DNA from: Saccostrea echinata
Taxonomy: Eukaryota
Assembly (NCBI RefSeq): GCF_033153115.1
Contig: NW_026889753.1
Coordinates: forward strand, 12,028,001 to 12,092,000
Direction of reading: 5' to 3'
Length of the DNA stretch: 64,000 bases
The position numbers and the translations under genes are program-made. The notes below the pieces were generated by a model. The model was not told the DNA's origin. It saw only the letters and a program-made list of their open reading frames with translations, and ran no database searches. Every line of letters starts with the position of its first letter. The first letter of the stretch is position 1. Below, in pieces: positions 62,895 through 64,000 of the stretch.

Positions 62895-64000
62895 TATATC
62901 CCAGTGAACTTGAAAAAGTCTGACACATCTGTCGGTTTTATATCTGGATATTTTACTAGATTGATCGATTGTACATGTATGTTGTTTTACGTCCAATACG
63001 AGAATTTGTAACTCTTATAGGGATGTAATTTTACTAGAAAAAGACGTTAATGGTAATCTTACAACAAAACTTTACGACAAACGTGATGACTTCAACTTTT
63101 CTATCCGCAAAGCCATGCTTTTGGTACGAACAATTTCTAAAACAAGGCAAGCTTTTGACAAACAAGTTAAAAAAGAATTCCAACAGACTCGTTTAAAATC
63201 ATCATTTCGCAAGTTATGGTCAATACAACGACCTTGCAGCAAATACAATCTATTATTAAGTCGGAGAGGGCTACATTATTGCAGCTAGTCGAATGCTGAC
63301 TGACGTTTTTAATAAGATAATTTTATTTTCCAATTTTGGGCCCAGAACTCAGAAGGCATGCAAACTTTTTACAATGAAAAGATAGAAAGTTCTGAATGAA
63401 AGGTTACATACACAAATATAAACACACACACATATACATGTATATACATGCATATATATGATAAAATCCATACAAGTAACTTAAGGTGCAGCAGTTGGGG
63501 TTATCAAACTGCAATTGACATGTGGTTATAAACCTTTATTAATAATATATGCCACAATACGAACTGTTAGGCCATTATTTACAACTGAATTTTCTTAGGA
63601 TTTTTCCATTTGCCCGATCATGACAAAGATCACATGGCAGGTGTGGCTGGTCGACAAGGGATGCTTACTCATCCATGGCACCTGATCCAACCTCTGATGT
63701 TTTAAGAGGTCCTAGTACTATTTTTGGTGAGAAAGAATTTTTTTCAGTTTGTCAGAAGACAAGCACGACAAACTTTTAATTCTAGGTCACTGAATATTAG
63801 CATAATTTATGACTATCAGAAAGTTACATGTTGTAATTTATAAAATATTTTATACATATTATTGCTATATTAAACAATTCTTGTTTTACTTCACAATACT
63901 TAAACATGTTTCAATAAGGGAAGCTAAAAAAAAAATTAACTTGCAAGAAAAGTTCAATTTTGATTGCTGCCACAACCCTTTGCACATATGTCACAACATT

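Larger units (their letters stand above)
61685..63712 (+). mobile_element. Decayed Penelope-like retroelement (RT motifs to 3' UTR) interrupted by MITEs
   Basis: QQSVGISMSTNSAPLLADLFLYSYEVEF, AVAFN|R(C)I, SFVDSI|YPSELE and GNLTTKLYDKRDDFNFSI occur in collinear order, followed by the family 3' UTR at 63630-63712. Confidence 0.8.

Overview
AT-rich, intron-containing animal genomic DNA. The repeat content (Helentron-borne satellites, tRNA-containing mini-LTRs, Penelope-like remnants) points to a bivalve, probably an oyster (inference). I assembled four spliced host genes by hand with phase-consistent GT-AG introns: (1) a DegT/DnrJ/EryC1/StrS-type PLP aminotransferase (minus, 4 coding exons, ~439 aa), head-to-head with (2) MALSU1 (plus, 5 exons, ~319 aa); (3) CWC22 (minus, 19 exons, ~1490 aa, with very long SR/RD-rich tails); (4) a 7-exon, ~588-aa gene (minus, 42202-49923) combining a DZIP3-like HEPN domain, an IFI44-like P-loop GTPase and a C-terminal transmembrane tail anchor. 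Gene 4 is the best candidate for an undescribed system: a putative membrane-anchored, GTPase-coupled RNase immune effector. The rest is transposon-derived: a nearly intact PIF/Harbinger element, a 6.1-kb TTAA-flanked non-autonomous element with nested cargo, satellite arrays, tRNA-LTR miniature retroelements, MITEs, long hairpins, and LINE and Penelope-like remnants. There is one 133-N gap. All family assignments come from motif recognition, not database searches.
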